DNA of 64,000 nt from assembly GCA_900088475.1 (NCBI GenBank), contig FLMG01004002.1, positions 54,402-118,401 of the forward strand, written 5' to 3'. This document shows, in pieces, positions 1-15,035 of the stretch. Source of the stretch: Hyphochytrium catenoides (Eukaryota; Protista; Hyphochytriomycota). Positions within the stretch are counted from its first letter, which is position 1; each line of letters starts with the position of its first letter. Under the pieces are notes generated by a model. That model ran no database searches and had not been told where the DNA came from. It saw nothing but the letters and a program-made list of their open reading frames with translations. The translations under genes were made by a program, and so were the position numbers.

Positions 1-3000
1 ATTAAAGAAATGAGGTACACTCCGGGACCAAGAGAACAAGTAACTGGAGGACAAATTGGTGGGGAAAGCTGAACGACAAAGCAAACGCGGAAGAGCCTGT
101 TCGCAACCGAAGTTGATAAGAAAAGGAGAATGCCCTAATTAAGCTCTTACCTGTGCAAGGATATTGATGTTGGTGCTCTTTCCTCCTCCGGTAGGCCCAA
201 CCAACATGATCCCATGCCTCACACAGAGAGTCTCATACAGTTGAACTACCTTAGAGAGAAATGAAGGAGGAGAAAGGAGACCTTCCCGTTCACATTGCAG
301 ACCCACAGCCCGGTGAAGTGCCATCAAGTCAGAAGGGGGCCGCTCGAGACCCGGGAAGAGATCTGCTAGGATACCCTGAAAGAGAGGAAGATCTTGAGCA
401 AGGAACTTAGGCAGATTTACATCCTGCAGTGCTCTTAGTAAAAGAGCCTCTTCATCCATCTCCGGGTTCTGACGCTTCAGATTGCCGGCCGCGGTAATTG
501 TGGTCTGAATGGGTCATAGGAGAGGGCCACGAGAAGAGCGATATAAGGACGAGAGAGAGGACGCGTTCAAGACACCGAGACCTAAACTACAGAAGGAAAT
601 GCGACGATCTCATCAAGAATGTAAAATGAAGAGGCGTCGCTGAAACTGACAGAAAATGAAAGCACGAGCTCCAAATGGAGCAGATGTGAGTCGCAAGTAG
701 CCGATGACAATAAAAATGTGTCCTCCTTTTTAGGCCAATCTTGGGAAGAGTCACCTACCTTTACAGCTCTCATCCCATAATCATAGTGGAACTGGGCGGA
801 GAGCTGCTCGGAGCAGAGCTTAAAGGTGCTAACCATTTTCTGCCCACATTCTCTTGCCCTTCCAAATCCAAAAGCGAAGAAAAGAATTTCTCCAATTAGG
901 GCGTAGTCGGGAACCATCATTGCAACAGGTCTGAACAGAGCTGCTAAAGAATCTGGGAGCTCGGAACGTCCTGCATAACCTGGGTTCATCGTAATGAAAA
1001 CCCCGAACTGGTCATTTAAGGGAATGTCCGAGCCTTCGAAGATCAGACGCTGTGAAGAGAAACCGTCAGCAGAGGTACCAGGGTAATGGGACTATGCGAA
1101 GAGGCTACATCAGTAAGAAGGAAGACTTACCTTCTCTCCTCTTCGGATGCCCATTTGAATGGTAATGACTTGCTGTCCAACCACCGACAGCACCTCCACG
1201 TCAATGCGGTTAAACTCATCAAAGCATGCCCAGGCTCCGCAAGAGGCAAGGCCCTTAAAAAACTTCCCCATAGCAATATAGTCCAATCCTACATGTTCGT
1301 GGTAAGATGTTAGAAAAAGCTAAGAGAGACACATGGCCAGAAAAAGCTTTCGCTCCAACGCTATTTTGGCAACACTGCTGCTTTTAGTTCTTTGCCTACC
1401 ATCTGAACAGTTAAAGACTACGCACTGCTTAGCCAGGGCCTTAGCGAGATCCTTGGTGGACTCAGTCTTTCCGGTACCTGCGGGACCGGCAGGAGCCCCA
1501 CCCAGAGTCATCTGCAGAGCTGTGAAGACAAAAGGGTAAAGCTGATGAAAATTGTCTGACAGAGAACTGGAAGCCCCAAAATGAGGTTATGCCGCTGAAC
1601 CTCGTCAGATCTAAAGTGCCCTCTCCGTAATCCTATTCATGAGTTCAATGACACTTCCTCCTGTTGGTGCTTCTTCTCCTTGATGCGGTCCTTTTTGCCA
1701 TATCGTGTAGATCTTACCTGCCAGTAAGGTCATGTAGCACTTATCGGTGAGCGGAGTGATGACCAGCCTCATAGAATTGCCAAGATATTCGTAGCCGTAA
1801 GGCCGCCGTGCGGAGACCATCTCTGCCCAAAGATTTCCATCATCCTTTCCTTCCCCTTGTCCTTCTTTCTCTCTCACCCAGTAGTATCTTAATTGGCTAA
1901 TCCAGTTAAAGTCCGCGACATCCTTCACTCCTCCTCCCTTTTCCCCGTCACCCTCTTGCAATAAAGAGGCAGTGACGTCTCTTGCATGCACATCGAGGAC
2001 TGTCAATGCTCCGAGCGTGGTTCTGGTTTGACCACTAATGTTGGAGCGGACGAGACGGACCATATCGGCCAGCTGAGCCAGTTGAAGGTCTAGTTGAGCT
2101 TTGATCCCAGTAGGGCCTGCAGAGGTAATAGCCTCTTCCATCTGACGAGTCCAATGAGTCTGCGACGCATTCAGGACGCACATGCCTGGCGAACCAGATA
2201 AAGAGGATTAGGGCAATGAAACCTCCCTAGGTACGTACACACTACACTCCATTCCACAGGGTCATATTGGCAAGTGCAAGTTGATACCTGGCCATCGCTG
2301 TATCCATTTCGTCCGCGGCGTGGCCTCATAATCCAGAATAGCAGCCTTCATTGCCTCCCTGACCGCTTCCCGCATGCTTTGCTCCAGGTCACCCATCCAG
2401 ATCTCCACTGCTCTTCCTTTTGTCTCAATGGGAGAAGAAAGGGGAACGGTCTCCTCCTCTGCACTGATCATCGCACTAATCGTTCCGTCAGCCCTGCAAA
2501 GGACCTTCACTAGACCCTCAAAGCACTTCTTAAGATGCGGTTGCACTCTCTGGACATCTCTCCCCTCAGACAGGAGAGAAAGCAGCTCTTCATTTGCAAG
2601 AAAATAGAAGCGGGAGAAAGCTGCACGCTTGGTCTCAAGGTAATCGCTGAGGCCTAGTTTAGAGGGCAATTCACGTCAGTTAGTAAGATTGTGTTGGGCA
2701 AAGGAACACCGATATCAACAGAACCGGGTAAGACCAAGAGCCCGCAAACATTGGGAAGAAGAGGGCCCGCCACGGCAATGGTGGTGAATTGGTGTTTTCT
2801 ATGGAGAGACTAGTAAGGGAAAAGAGAGGAGGGCAAAGGAGAGATTGCAGAGGTCGGGAATTGTGTTCATCTCACCTTTTTGAACGCTTTCAAGCATCCT
2901 ATTGCTCTCCTTCAACTTCTGGAGAAGCCTCTCATTGTCGCAAACCTTTAAAACTGAAGGTTTGGAGTGCGCTTGTGCCAACATATTGCGGTAGGTCTTA

Positions 3001-6000
3001 TCGACTGTTGAGAAGCGCTTGCTTTCGGTCGGAAGCTAGGTGTATACGGAGCACGACGTAGAGGGAAGCACAAATGAATTGACGTTAGGCGCAATACTCT
3101 CCCTGAGGGTGATATAAGGTACCAAGCAGTGCACTGCAAGCTATTTGGCTTTAGGATATTTCCAAGGCTGCTTGCAATCCTTCCCTGGGTGCCGTCCGGT
3201 TTTCCTCTCATAAACTGACCGACCATCGTCCTCACCTGCTTGATAATTTCTGGGGAGTCAAAAATGGGCTGAAGATAAAGCCAGCTTCTTTGAACCGCCA
3301 TCCACTCCTCCAAGACCTCGCTGATGAGACTGAGTGAAACGGACCAGCGCTCAATTTTTTCTTCGTAAGGCTTCTTGAAGGGAGAGAACTGCAAGGTTTG
3401 GACCATTGTCAGCTTTTCTCCAAGATCAGCCAGAACTTCCTCCACGGCTCTCAAGATGAACGTCTGCGTCTCCCGGTAAGGTACAACTTGAAGAGAGAGA
3501 AGAGAAAGCCCCTTTTCAATCTCATCTAAGGCTTTTTCAATCTGGTACTCCTTGTTCGCAGTCTCGGCTTTTTTAGAAAGAATAGAAGAGAGCAAGCATG
3601 GAGTGAGTGTGCCGTCTAGTAGAACGAGCAAAGGATCTCTGCCAACAAGGGGGTAAAGAACAATGTAGGTGCTAGCAGAAGTGAGTTGCACTAGTCACGA
3701 AGCCAAGCAACAGGTAAATATACGTTTAAGAGGGAGGGGGAGGCTTACCAACTTTTGAGATGAGCGTGAGATGTTCTGCGAGGTTCATGTTCAGCATATC
3801 GGCCAACGAATTCTTCTCGTTTGGAGCGATGGGCTTTCCAATCTGTGCTCCCAGAGCCTCCCAATGACGGAGGCCTAGGCCAGGCGTCCTCAGCGCAGTT
3901 ATGAGAGGAAGGTGTTCCTTGAACGCCAATATTCTTGTTTTGATCTCAGTGGCAATGGCTGAACAATCCACATTCTGAGCCTTTTCAAAATACTTCGATG
4001 CCTTCTGTGCGCCCATCCATAGACTCTCGAGCTCTTTTTCCATGGCGTCGGGAGAGAGAGAGAGGAACTGACCATCCATCCAAGAGGATTGTCTACGGAG
4101 AAAGTTGCTGGTCGTAACCCAAAGGAGAGTATAGGGTTCAAGGGACTTCTTGAGAGTATCCAGAAGTTCAAAGCGAGACAAAGTTAGGGAAAGCAGCTCT
4201 TCTCGGCTATTGTGCAGCGCTCTCTCCTCTTCAAACTTCTTAATCTTTTTCTCCAGCACGTCGACATGCAGTCTGATCTGGTCAATGTTCCTTATATCTT
4301 TGTATCGTGAGACGACTTGTATCTCATTATCCAGACTCTGTAGGGCGTCCATCATCAGGACGCTATCCTCTTGAACACTATGTAAAATGGCTTTAGCACT
4401 CTGATTGTAAGAGGCAAAATAACGTTGACAGAAAGAATGAAGCAAGACAGAGAGAAATAGGGGGAAATTAACGTCTTACATCGTCGAGAAATTAGATCTG
4501 AGTTCTTCAATGACCAAGCGTGTCCTCTCTACCTTCCTCCCAATTCTGAGAGGAAAGCTCTTCCTCTCCAAAAGCTTTCTAGCATCTTCTTCTGGAACAA
4601 TGAAGTGAAAGTTCCAAAGTGATTGGAGGCATCTCTCGGCCTCATCTTCTCTTTCCTTCAACGCTTGCAGCTCATGTGGAACAGTGGCAGATATGTACTC
4701 TACCAACGCCGTCAATTGCTCCACGTCTCCAGGGGTCTTGGAGAGGGTGTCTATGACCTAAGGTCAAAATAAGCCAGCAGCAAAGTGGAAGAAAGGGAAG
4801 CAGAGTGAGAACAGCCATCATCCATTAGAGTTATCATCCTTAACCGTATCCAACTCAAATACTTTAATGGCATCTTTCTCCTGGTATTCTTTGTTGGCAC
4901 TTACCTTAAGATACTTCGCCTCGCTCTGATTTCTGACTGCCCTTGCCCTCCTCAACAGAAAGTCTTGTAACTGGTGGGCGACCTCCAGATGCTTTTTGAG
5001 AAGTACTCCGCGGACTTCGGCGCAGTTGACCGCAATCATACCAAAGTTGACTAAGTTTCTTGGTATCTCTTCGTCAGCAGCCCGAGCTAACTTCAGGCGA
5101 TTGCGAATTTCCGTCTCTATTTGCAACAGATGGTGAGGAGGAAGAGGCACTGAAGGATCATCAATAAGACCCCTCGCGGCCACCCCAGCTGCCACCTTCT
5201 CTGCTTCCAAATCCGCTGCCGCTTCACCTGTAGAAGCTGCCTCTGAGGCTTCGGTGGATAATGACTTGGAAAAAGGAGCAGAGGAGGATGTTCCTCCTGC
5301 GCTGACGTACTGTAAGACATGCTCCTTGGTGTCCAAGGATAAGGTCTCAACATGCTTGTTGAACATCGTAAGATACTGCATGAGAGGAGCGGTATATTCT
5401 CTCATTCTTCGTGCAAGGCCATTTCTACATGCTTGTATAGACTCCTCTTCAAATGAAACGGGAGTTAGAGAAGGGTGGCTACTCCAGAAGAAGTGCTTCA
5501 TAGCATACTGCTCCGGATTCTTAACCTTAAAAGTGCTTTTTAGAGCGCTGTCAAAAACCCGAAGCAGCGACTCTTCAAATTTCTGCAATTCGGTGTTATA
5601 CGTAAACCCATAACCTTCCCGAGGAGAAAGCGGAGAAAGAGGGCAAGGATCTGACGAACTTCCGCCCGCTTTCTTGCGCTCGGTGTACCAGGCCTCGATC
5701 TCCTGTTGCATGTGAATAGATCACTCCGGTTAGAGCTGCAGCACTTTTGGAAGCTGACAGCAGGTGCACACATGAAAGTGATGGCCCATTTTAAGCAGAT
5801 AGTAATGCGGGATGCCCTAAGAAGACGTCGAAGAGAGCACGAACAACAGCATCGCTTTCTACCTAACCTTGTTCCGTTGGAGCATCTCTGCCTCGTTTAT
5901 AATCGCTTTGTCCTTGCTGATGACGAGGTCAACGTAAAAAGTAGGGGGATGCAGGTGTAGTCCGTCCGCTCCGTTGACTTCCTTCATTGTCTTACTGTCT

Positions 6001-9000
6001 CCGCTAACTTCCAGGGTTCGCCCATATGGTGTTTTCCGACAACTTCTGATGATGACTTCATTTATGCTTCGCACCTCGACGGTGCTGGAGTCGTATGGCT
6101 CAAAGAGCCCACAGAACTCAGAGAGCGAAGTTAATGTTGCAGTGCGCAATGCCGACTGAGTAACATTGGCGGGGAGAAGTTAGTCCAACAAATGTACAGA
6201 AAAAGAGGCTTCTGCAGAAGACAACAACCAAAACCCAAAACATGCCTAGACAAGAAGACGAATCGAAGAGACCGAGAGGAGGTCGGAGAACTTAATAGGC
6301 AGACCAGCCTAGCAGACCTGCATCATCAGCCGGATACGTATGAATAGCTTCTTCAGCTTGGAGTACTGGTATGAGTCAAAGTCGCTCTGACCCATGTGGA
6401 ACCAGCCTTTTTGGACCGGGGCCAACCCGCCTTCTATCGCTTTTACGACCTCCTGCACCCATACACCTTCTAGATACTCCGCGGCTGAGGAGATTGTCAC
6501 TTCCTGCTGTTGTGCAAACTCCTAAGGTGGGCGAAGAAGCATTATGATGAATAGCAACATTAGATTACTCTTGTGTCAATCATTCTAATTATCAGATTCC
6601 AGTGAGGAGGTGCCATACGTCGGAGAGATTTGAAACCCTTCGTCGAAACGCTAAGAGGACGATGAGAACCATTGCCCTTCACAGGGTTATACCTTGAGCC
6701 TTGCCGCTCGACCTGGCTTGACAATGAGAAGTTTTTTACTAGCTGTGCGGTCACATTCAGCCAACGTGGAGACTAACACAGCTATGACCTGTACAGAGAG
6801 GCAAAAAATCACTCCTTTCGGAAAACCCAGAGCTCACCGTCGTTCAGAGACTAAGCAGGTGACCGAATAGCTCATGAAGAGTGAACACTGAGTGACTCTT
6901 GTGGCAGAAGGTGACTATCGGATATCGCACTCTTTAACATATTCAATATAGAGGAGGAAGGAGATTCATCAAGACTAAAGGTTTCTTGGATCTTCGTTTA
7001 AAAGGCGATGAATGACAAGTAGAATGGCTGGCTCACCTCTGCTGTTGTCAGGCATGTCTCTGTCAAGAAAGAGGTCTTCTTTTCTCGGACGGCTGCTGGA
7101 GAGAGTTTCAGGTTGTCCATTCGAGGATGGCCGTAACTGGAAGACAGAGGATCTTTGCAATGCCGAGCAATCACGCTGAGAAAATCAGGATTACTGCTAA
7201 TGACCGGCGTGATCCAGATCAGCAACATGAATCACGAGGCACGATACGCAGGTAGGAGATAGGAAGGTTAGCATGAATGCCAATGTTATAGCTCAGTGGG
7301 GAGGCAGGGAATCCCCCCAATACACATGTTTTGACATTGATAGGAGTTTGATAGAGGACAATGTCCATGATGGTGGACCAAAACATGGGAAGGATCAAAG
7401 ACGAGAAAAAGAGCATGATGTCAAGGTCTATCTAACCGTAGACGAAACAAATTGAGCAACAAAGAACATGTTAGCTCCGACTGATCCCTTCCCTTACCCG
7501 GAAACAAGGGCATGCGAATCAAAGGCAAGCTTGTTTAGCGTTCTTTGGTATGCTCTGGATATTTCCACTAGTAGATTTTTGAGAAGATTCTCCTGGTAAG
7601 GTGTTTGACCCTGGGATGAGGATTTCCCGTCGCCTTTTTCAGGAATATTTACTTTTCTGCGCAGTCTTTGCCGCTGATTCATACCAATCTGAATGGTAAG
7701 GAAGCTTAGACTGGCACAAGAAATTGGAGCTCATAGAAGTGATGTCCGAAGCCCAGGCCAGAGCTATACGGTCATACGTACGCAGCCGCAGAAACAGGTA
7801 GCACCAGCAAAAGTCATACGGAAGAGGTGATATGAAAAGCTATCAGGAAGACCTACATCAGGCATGCCCTCAAGTGGCATACAGTCAACAGAAAGGCTGT
7901 AGTGAAGGTTCTGCAGGGTCTCATGACGGAGCTTGTGTGCTCTCGCAAGCCTTTGCGCAAACAGAACTGGATCCTCTACTCTGAACCAGATTTTAAGTCT
8001 GGGAATGCTCTCCTCAAGAGGTTCGAGTGTTGGGTCCTTGAAGATGACCTTGAAATGTCGCTGGACGGGATCGTAGGACGTGACGATACATTCAGACCAC
8101 TGACCAGCCGCAGAACCCTTCATGCGCTGTGCCATAGCAGGTATCGCCACTCCTCCCTTCTTCTGGCACTTTCCAAGTTCTATCCATCTCTAGAGGGTAT
8201 ATTACAAAGTCGTGTGAGAGGCGGAGGATGGGGAAAGGCCCTAGACTAAGCTGAGGAACGAAACACCCAAGCGGGGAAAGCAGGGAGTTCGTGATAGCTT
8301 ACCTCAGGGGGATGAGCCTCATAGTATTCTGCATCGTCGAAATCTTCGAGTTTCAGGAACGACTCCAACGGGGAGAGAGCATCGCTGATGGACAGCTGGT
8401 GGAGTTCTGTAGAGACTAAGGGACCTATGTCTGTTTCCATGTATTGCCTTCTTAATCTGCACGACCACACCATCAAATGCAGTCAGCGGAAGCAGGCCTT
8501 ATAAAGTAAGCCAGCAAGTGTTTCTATGTTACTTGCATGAATGTGGTAGTAGAAGAAGAGTGTAAGATCGATAGAGAAGACGAAAGAGTTTGCGGTCTCA
8601 TATTAGAGAATTGAAAGGTGGTCCCGCACCCACTCACCTCTCAATTATAACGCCTCGTGGAGTTTGCCCGCGCTGGCGGTTGTGTGGAACCCAAGCCTTT
8701 GGCTCCAAGGTTCCAAAGTCGTCATAGCGGCTAAAGCTGCAGTCACTATTATTCCTCTTCCGGCCAATGGTGGACTCTTGAGTCGTGGTTTGGCTGTCTC
8801 CTGCTAATACGGCTAGAGGAGGAGGTGCAAAGGACGCTGCTTCTTGCCGCCGTGTAGGTGAGCAGTAGCCCTCCGATACATGGCCTATGACTGAATGCTC
8901 GGTATCTCTAATCACCAAACTCTGGTCTGGAAACTCTCCCTTTACAATAGGGGTAATACTAGCCCTGTTATTGGGGCCGCTGCCCGGTGGGGCTTGCGGC

Positions 9001-9023
9001 CTTGATGGCTTCAATCGGACCAT
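1..9023 (-). CDS. DNAH1: Axonemal inner-arm dynein heavy chain, DNAH1 type; multi-exon, 5' part only, continues past the window start
   Basis: Exons encode the AAA1 P-loop [42 protein letters not shown] and the AAA2 P-loop GPTGGGKS, plus linker motifs WLYLQPIF and [14 protein letters not shown]-terminal motifs ([46 protein letters not shown]) match the DNAH1 tail as I recall it. The GT-AG junctions I checked in 150-6320 keep the frame. The ATG at 9023 has an in-frame TAA just upstream; the start is approximate. Confidence 0.93.
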
Positions 9024-9972
9024 TTACGCTTTTAGGTCCTCAATCGGAGACTGGGAGTCCTCCTTCACTCTTCCTGGTCCGCACCTCCCGAGTAATCACC
9101 TCGCTGGTGCTCTTAATCACAAATACCTGCTCGGATATCCGTCATTGGCAGAGATCACTACCAGGTCCCGTATTACTGCCTCCATGACCTGCCTCCTCAG
9201 GAAGTGGTACAAGCTGCTGAGAAACTAGAGAGTGCTAGGAGAGAATCTCAAGTGGAAGAAGAGCTGTTTGGCTGCGAAGCACTGACAGAATCTTCTCTCT
9301 CTGTCTCCCGGTAGAGCACCTCCTTATCATTCATCAGCTCTCAGTGTTGTTAGAGCTTCCGATCAAGTCCTTGCGGCCGCCTGTCCGTGCTCCATTCCAC
9401 GACCTGTGAGCCTCCTCTCACCCAAAGCTTTCGTGCCGTTTCAAACAAAGTCCCTCTTCGTTAATGCTATCAAGAATGAAACTCATGCATAACTATATTA
9501 TCAGCGATTAGAATGACTGCTAGAGTAATTGTTCATTGTTTGTGGTCCTTTATTCTTACTGAGCCGTTTCAGTGTTCGCCAGATTGTCGCTAACGCCAAC
9601 CTGCGCCCATGGTTAGTTTAGAGTAATCAGTCTATGATTATCACCGTTGAACCAAAGCTGATCTAACTGAAGAGAAGGGCGCAGTAAGTAACTTTCTTAT
9701 ATAGCTGCTAACGGTATCTCGTACGTTCGATTGGTCTGCGGCTCATTTCACGAGGAGGTGTGAGGCTTCTGACCCGCGCTTCTGATGATGGAAAAGGCAT
9801 GCGCTCAACTGCCAGCCGTTCTCTGGTCCAACTGCGAGCTCTGAGTAGTCTTCAATCTCTACTCGAGCTAGTCCACCGTGGTGCCTGGACTCATACAGCA
9901 TAGGCAACCCTTGCCCCTGCTTCCTAGGCAGCGAGCCTCTGGTCTTTGTGCTTTTCATAGCAGCCTGTGGGC

Positions 9973-12900
9973 ATGGGAGCGTCCAAGGTGCAGTCAGAGG
10001 CAATGGCGCTTAGGGATCATCAAGATCCAGAAGTTGATGGAGACGGAAAGTTGGAAAGCGCGGGGAGGATAGTCGGAGGAGGTGACAACAAAGCCTTTTT
10101 GGAGAGTTTCTGGAATCTAGCCTCCGTTGATGTAAGTACAAAGAGTCATTAGGAGTGAGCCTTCCGCAGCTAATTTAGCCATCACTGTCTTCACCCGTCC
10201 CTTTGCAGGGGAGGAAACGTTCTGGGGCTGGCGCCGCTATTATTGAATATTTAAAAGCATCACAAGCTCGATTTGAAGGCAACGAGTCGATCAAGAGTCA
10301 AGAACGGGTAATATTGGCGAGTCCCGATGTACAATATGCCCTAAAACGTCTGCTTCGCGGCCTTTGCTCTTCTCGTGAGAGCGCACGTCATGGCTTCAGC
10401 GCAGCATTGTCTGTGCTGCTATCGACGTTTCGGTTTATTTCATTACGTGAGACTCTGAAAAGCCTTCTTGAAATCACGGAGACAACAGGAGGCATGAAGA
10501 ACAGCGAGGAGAGAGAGCTAGTGTTCGGCCGGATATTCGGGTGTATGGCTGTTTATCGCAGTGGCCGCTTGGAGTTGCAGGTACACTCAAATACTCTGTT
10601 TGCTTCTCTCCTACTCAAAGCTATCTCGTCAAGCCTCTCTGATTCTACAACCCCACCCTTATTTCACCATAGTGTAATGGTCTCCGCCGTCCAATGAAGC
10701 TTGACCATTCTTTCACCCCACAGAAGAAGGCCTCGAAGGAAGAGAAAGAAGATGTGCGAGGTGCAATCCTAGCTGCAATTGATATATTGGTGAAGCTCTT
10801 TCCCCACAAGAAGTTCCTACGGGAGCTCTGCTCCAATGCCATTGCAGCATTTCTGTTAAGTAGTCCATCAGATCTCGCTATAGAGGAGATTATACCTCGA
10901 ATTGGTTCCTTGATGGACGGAAAGAGCATGAAGGAGCTAAATCCGGAACAGCTTCTTCTTGTGCTAGCAGTAGAGAGGTACATGAGGACTCAAGAACTAC
11001 AGAGGAAGGACTTGGTGGTACAAGGGAAGCTTTCAAAGATCTTCGCAAAGAAACTGTCGAAGACTGGAAAGCTGTCAAAACTTTCAAATCCTCTAAAACA
11101 GTCTTCTGGCAACTATCCCAAAGTTCACAGTGTTTGGAGGTACCTAATGGCAGAGATATTCCAGTGCGATTTAGAGCTAACGAGAACGAGTAAGTTCCCA
11201 CTCACGTCAGCTGACCTTTGAAATTCTTTCTTCGGCGCATCGCTATTTTGTTAGTAGCTTTCGCGTTAGCCTTCTGCTCGGCCCTTCAATAGACTGACAG
11301 CTCTCTCTATCACACTGTCCTTTCTTACGATCTATTTTTGATCAAGGTTTGCAGGGGGCTCCAGACGTCGCACTTGTGCGCGAGTTCTGGTCAGTTTGTG
11401 TGGTGGATACGTTGATAGTTGGCGGCACACATGAAAAGAAAGCCCTATCATTTAAGCTCTGCTCAATGGTTTTCCCTCTGGTGACGGAGCCTTTGCTTGT
11501 CCAGTCTCTTCTCTCACCGGCTTTTCTGCGCTGTGTGGTCAACAATGCGAGTAAGAAGGGGACATACCTTCATGAGCCAGCAAAGGAGATGCTAAACGGT
11601 CTCTTAAAAACCGCTAAAGAGGACGAGAGGGTGAAAGTAGCTACCATGATCGCGTTGCTCTCTAATGGAGGTCATAACTTCGACAAAAGGACAGGACTCC
11701 CGATTGTATNNNNNNNNNNNNNNNNNNNNNNNNNNNNNNNNNNNNNNNNNNNNTCTGCTGGAGGACGATGAAGACGAGGGGATGATTAGGAGAGACCGAG
11801 CGGAAGAAGCAGAAGGGAGTTTGAAGCTGGTGGATGGAAAGAGAATGTGGGCTGCAGATGCTCTATCTGCATCTGTCAAGAACGCTAAGTTACCATGGAC
11901 TGAAGACATGTTGAAGCGCGTAGTGGGACTGTTCTTTCTCTTTTCCCTTTTCAACGATCAGCGGGATGTGCCTAAAAACGTGAAGACAAAGAAGAAGAAG
12001 AGCAAGAGGCCGTTCCAAGAGGAAGGGGAGGATCCCTTCCTTCTCATCTCTGGTGGACTGCAAGCGGAGCCCGGATTCTCCCCAGCTTTCCTCTCCTCTT
12101 GTGAACAGCGCTTTTTTTCTCTTGTGAGCGACCTCAGTGTTGTTAAAGTTGTAGGTCAGGACGGCGAAAAGGTTATGGAGAAAGGTGCAAAGACCCAAGA
12201 TAGATCTAAAACATCTACCAAATGGCTGGACTACTGCCTTAGCCTGTGGAGCAGCTTGGAAGGGAAGGGAGTGCAACCCAAAAAAGCTTTAAATGACGAG
12301 CAGCTGGCGCTACGAGAACGGGTCCAAGGTACAATCGACACGCTTAGAGCCTCTGGGCTTCGGCAAACGGCAGAAGTACATGAAAAAGCATCAAAGAAGA
12401 GGAAACAGGGCAAGAGTACTGCACCTGATGCTGGGTCTTCCTTTTTCTCGACCGCCCAACTGGATGCCTTTCAGATTCTCCTTCTCCACCTTACACTGCA
12501 GCTCTTGAGTTCCTCACGGGCAGAGGAGGCCGCGAGTAGCCTTGAGGACCTTCTCAGTTATCTCTCGAAGGACAGGAAGGAAGAAAAGGCAAAAATACAC
12601 AGTGAAGGAGAAAGTTCCAGTATCGCTGTACTCACAGACCTTCTCATTGGTCTTTTATCTCAAAGCAATCACGCCGTTAGGGATGTCATTAAGGAGGTCT
12701 TCCGTGCAGTAGTCACTGAGGTTGACGAGGACGCCTTAAAGGCGATCCTCTCCGTATGCTGTAAGCAGGGCGGCGATGAACCCCTCCTGGATGTGGAGGA
12801 GGACGAAGATGATGACTTTTCTCCTATAGATCCCAGCGAACTCACTCAGGATCGAGAGGTAAGGAGAAGTAAGCTAATGCTAAGAATGGTTGATGTGTCT

Positions 12901-14868
12901 AGTGCTTGCTCTCGATCTCTACAGTACGTAGCAAAGCTTACTTTACGGCTCCTACCTTACTGCGTTTACTCTACACCAATCTAGGACGAGAGCGACGAGG
13001 ACGACGAGTCAGTAGACGATGACGAAGATACCCCACGGAAAGCCAAAGAGAGCCTTTCAGAGGAAGACCAAGAGGATGAAGTGATGGTGGATTTCCACCA
13101 GGCGCTTATGGATGAAGATGAAGAAGAGCGAATGAACAGAGAAGACAGTGCGATAGCCGCTCTTTTAAAGGCTCAACAAGAGAAACAGAAGAGGAAGAGA
13201 CAGGCCAAGTCCATCGCAGATCAGACTCTGCACTTTCGGCTACGGGTGCTGGATCTTCTCGATATCTTTTTGATGAAGAGACCAGACAGTCTCCTGATTC
13301 CGACCCTTGTGATACCTACTGCTGTAAAGAGTATGCAAACGGGGCAGAAAGCACCAGGGAAGGGCAAAGGTGGTGGAGAAAGAGCAAAGCAAGAGAAGTC
13401 AGCTCTATTCAACCGGCTTCGCAGCATTCTTTTGCAGCGAATAGCAAAAGGGAAGGATGTCCCTCGTTCTCGACTTGGTGGTGAAGAGACTACGAAGATA
13501 GTGGAGGCGATGGAGATTGTGGTGACGGCTCTATTGAAGGCCTCCACTCGCGACGTTATTGCCCCATTCTCTTCTGCTCTACTCTATCTCATGCGAGTAC
13601 TCATGGTGAATCTGCCTCCCTCTTCTCTACCTAAGGACAAGTTGAGGGACATTTATGATAGGGCTGCTGATTCTTTCTTTAGAGATAAGAAAAGCAGATT
13701 AACGCCTCAGTTCTTCGAAGACTTTATGACGAAGTTCCCGCAAGTGGCTTGGCAAATACTTCCCCTCACCTTGGTGAGAGGAAGCTTTCCATACTCCAAG
13801 GAATCCGGTGGAAAACCGGAAGATGCAAGAAGGAAAGGGTCAAGATCTCTGTTTGCCCGTGCGGAAGCATTCCGCTTGTCCACCATCTTCTTCAAGCGAT
13901 ATTCCTTGACTAACAGCAGTGAAGACCTACGCGTCTTACGTGAGGCAGAGGAATCTTTCAGGACAGCAATCCAGGAGGTTGCCGGAGCGGGAGATGGTGA
14001 GCCCAGAATACCTCCCTGCTCTCAAAGTCGGAAGGCGCATATACCTATCCTCATGTCGTTTCAAACCATTGTTGATTCAACCAACTTCGCTCTGTTCTTT
14101 GTTCCTCTGCCACTTCGAGATCTTTTGCTGACTGTGTCTGCCCGCTAAACAGCGTCAAATACTCCCTTGGGCAAGAGTAAGCGACTGCGGGAAGTGCTGA
14201 TGCTGGGACAGACTATTATGCCCCTTATCAGAGCAAGGAAACTTAACGTAGGTTCAATCGGTTTCTCGGTGGCCCTCAGATGACGACTAACTTCGATGTC
14301 ATGCTTTCCGCATGTCTTAAACTTATTTTTTCCCTAGTTGAGTCTTGATATCTATCACGATCTACTCCCCAAGATCCAGCAATCGACCCAAAGTGGGCCA
14401 GTCAAAGGAAGCTGCATTCAGATTTTGAAGCAGCTTGACTATAAGTTCCCTGAGTCGTCTTCCTCTACTACACATGGCAAAGGAGACAAACAGTCCCTTA
14501 AAGCTAAGCTTAAGCCCCTGCAGAAGCAAAGTGGACAGAACACCGATTCGTCTAAAAAGTCGAAGGCCCTGGAGAAGGACGAAGGCGAAGAAAAGACAGG
14601 GAAGACCGGCACCGGGAGCGTAGCAGTCGGGAGTTTGAGCATAAAAACAAAGGCTAGTGGCAAGCAAGAAGGGATGAACGCTCTGACAGGGAGGTCAAAG
14701 AAGACGAAGAATATGGACCAAGAAGGTACTACCCAGCGGCTGGAGACTTCATTCGCTAAGAATGGAAGTCCCCCAAAAAGGTCACAACAGGGAAATGTGG
14801 CAGATGTTAAGAAGTCTACGAAGAAGAAGATGCAAGTTGGAAGCGACAAAAAGAAAGCAAAGGCCTAA
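9973..14868 (+). CDS. MYBBP1A: MYB-binding protein 1A / DNA polymerase phi (Pol5) family nucleolar protein; multi-exon
   Basis: FLESFWNLAS, YALKRLLRGLCSSRESARHGFSAAL, ERELVFGRIFG, NFDKRT, VLTDLLIGLLSQ, an acidic stretch, HFRLRVLDLLDIF and a Lys-rich C-terminus are typical of the family. The gene spans the N-gap. Start is 9973 or 10003. Confidence 0.9.
11710..11753. other. Assembly gap (44 N)
   Basis: Run of N inside the MYBBP1A gene. Confidence 1.
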
Positions 14869-15035
14869 AGAAGCAGGAGCTCCGTTCTCCATACTATTAT
14901 ACTGTGGTCCTTTACTGTGTAGCATAGACTGCGAAGACATAACTAATAGATAGATAGGGGTACTGTCATCCGCTTGTTTGCCAGCATTGCTTTGACCCTT
15001 TAGATAGACCCATTTCTCAGCTAGGGGACAGGGTC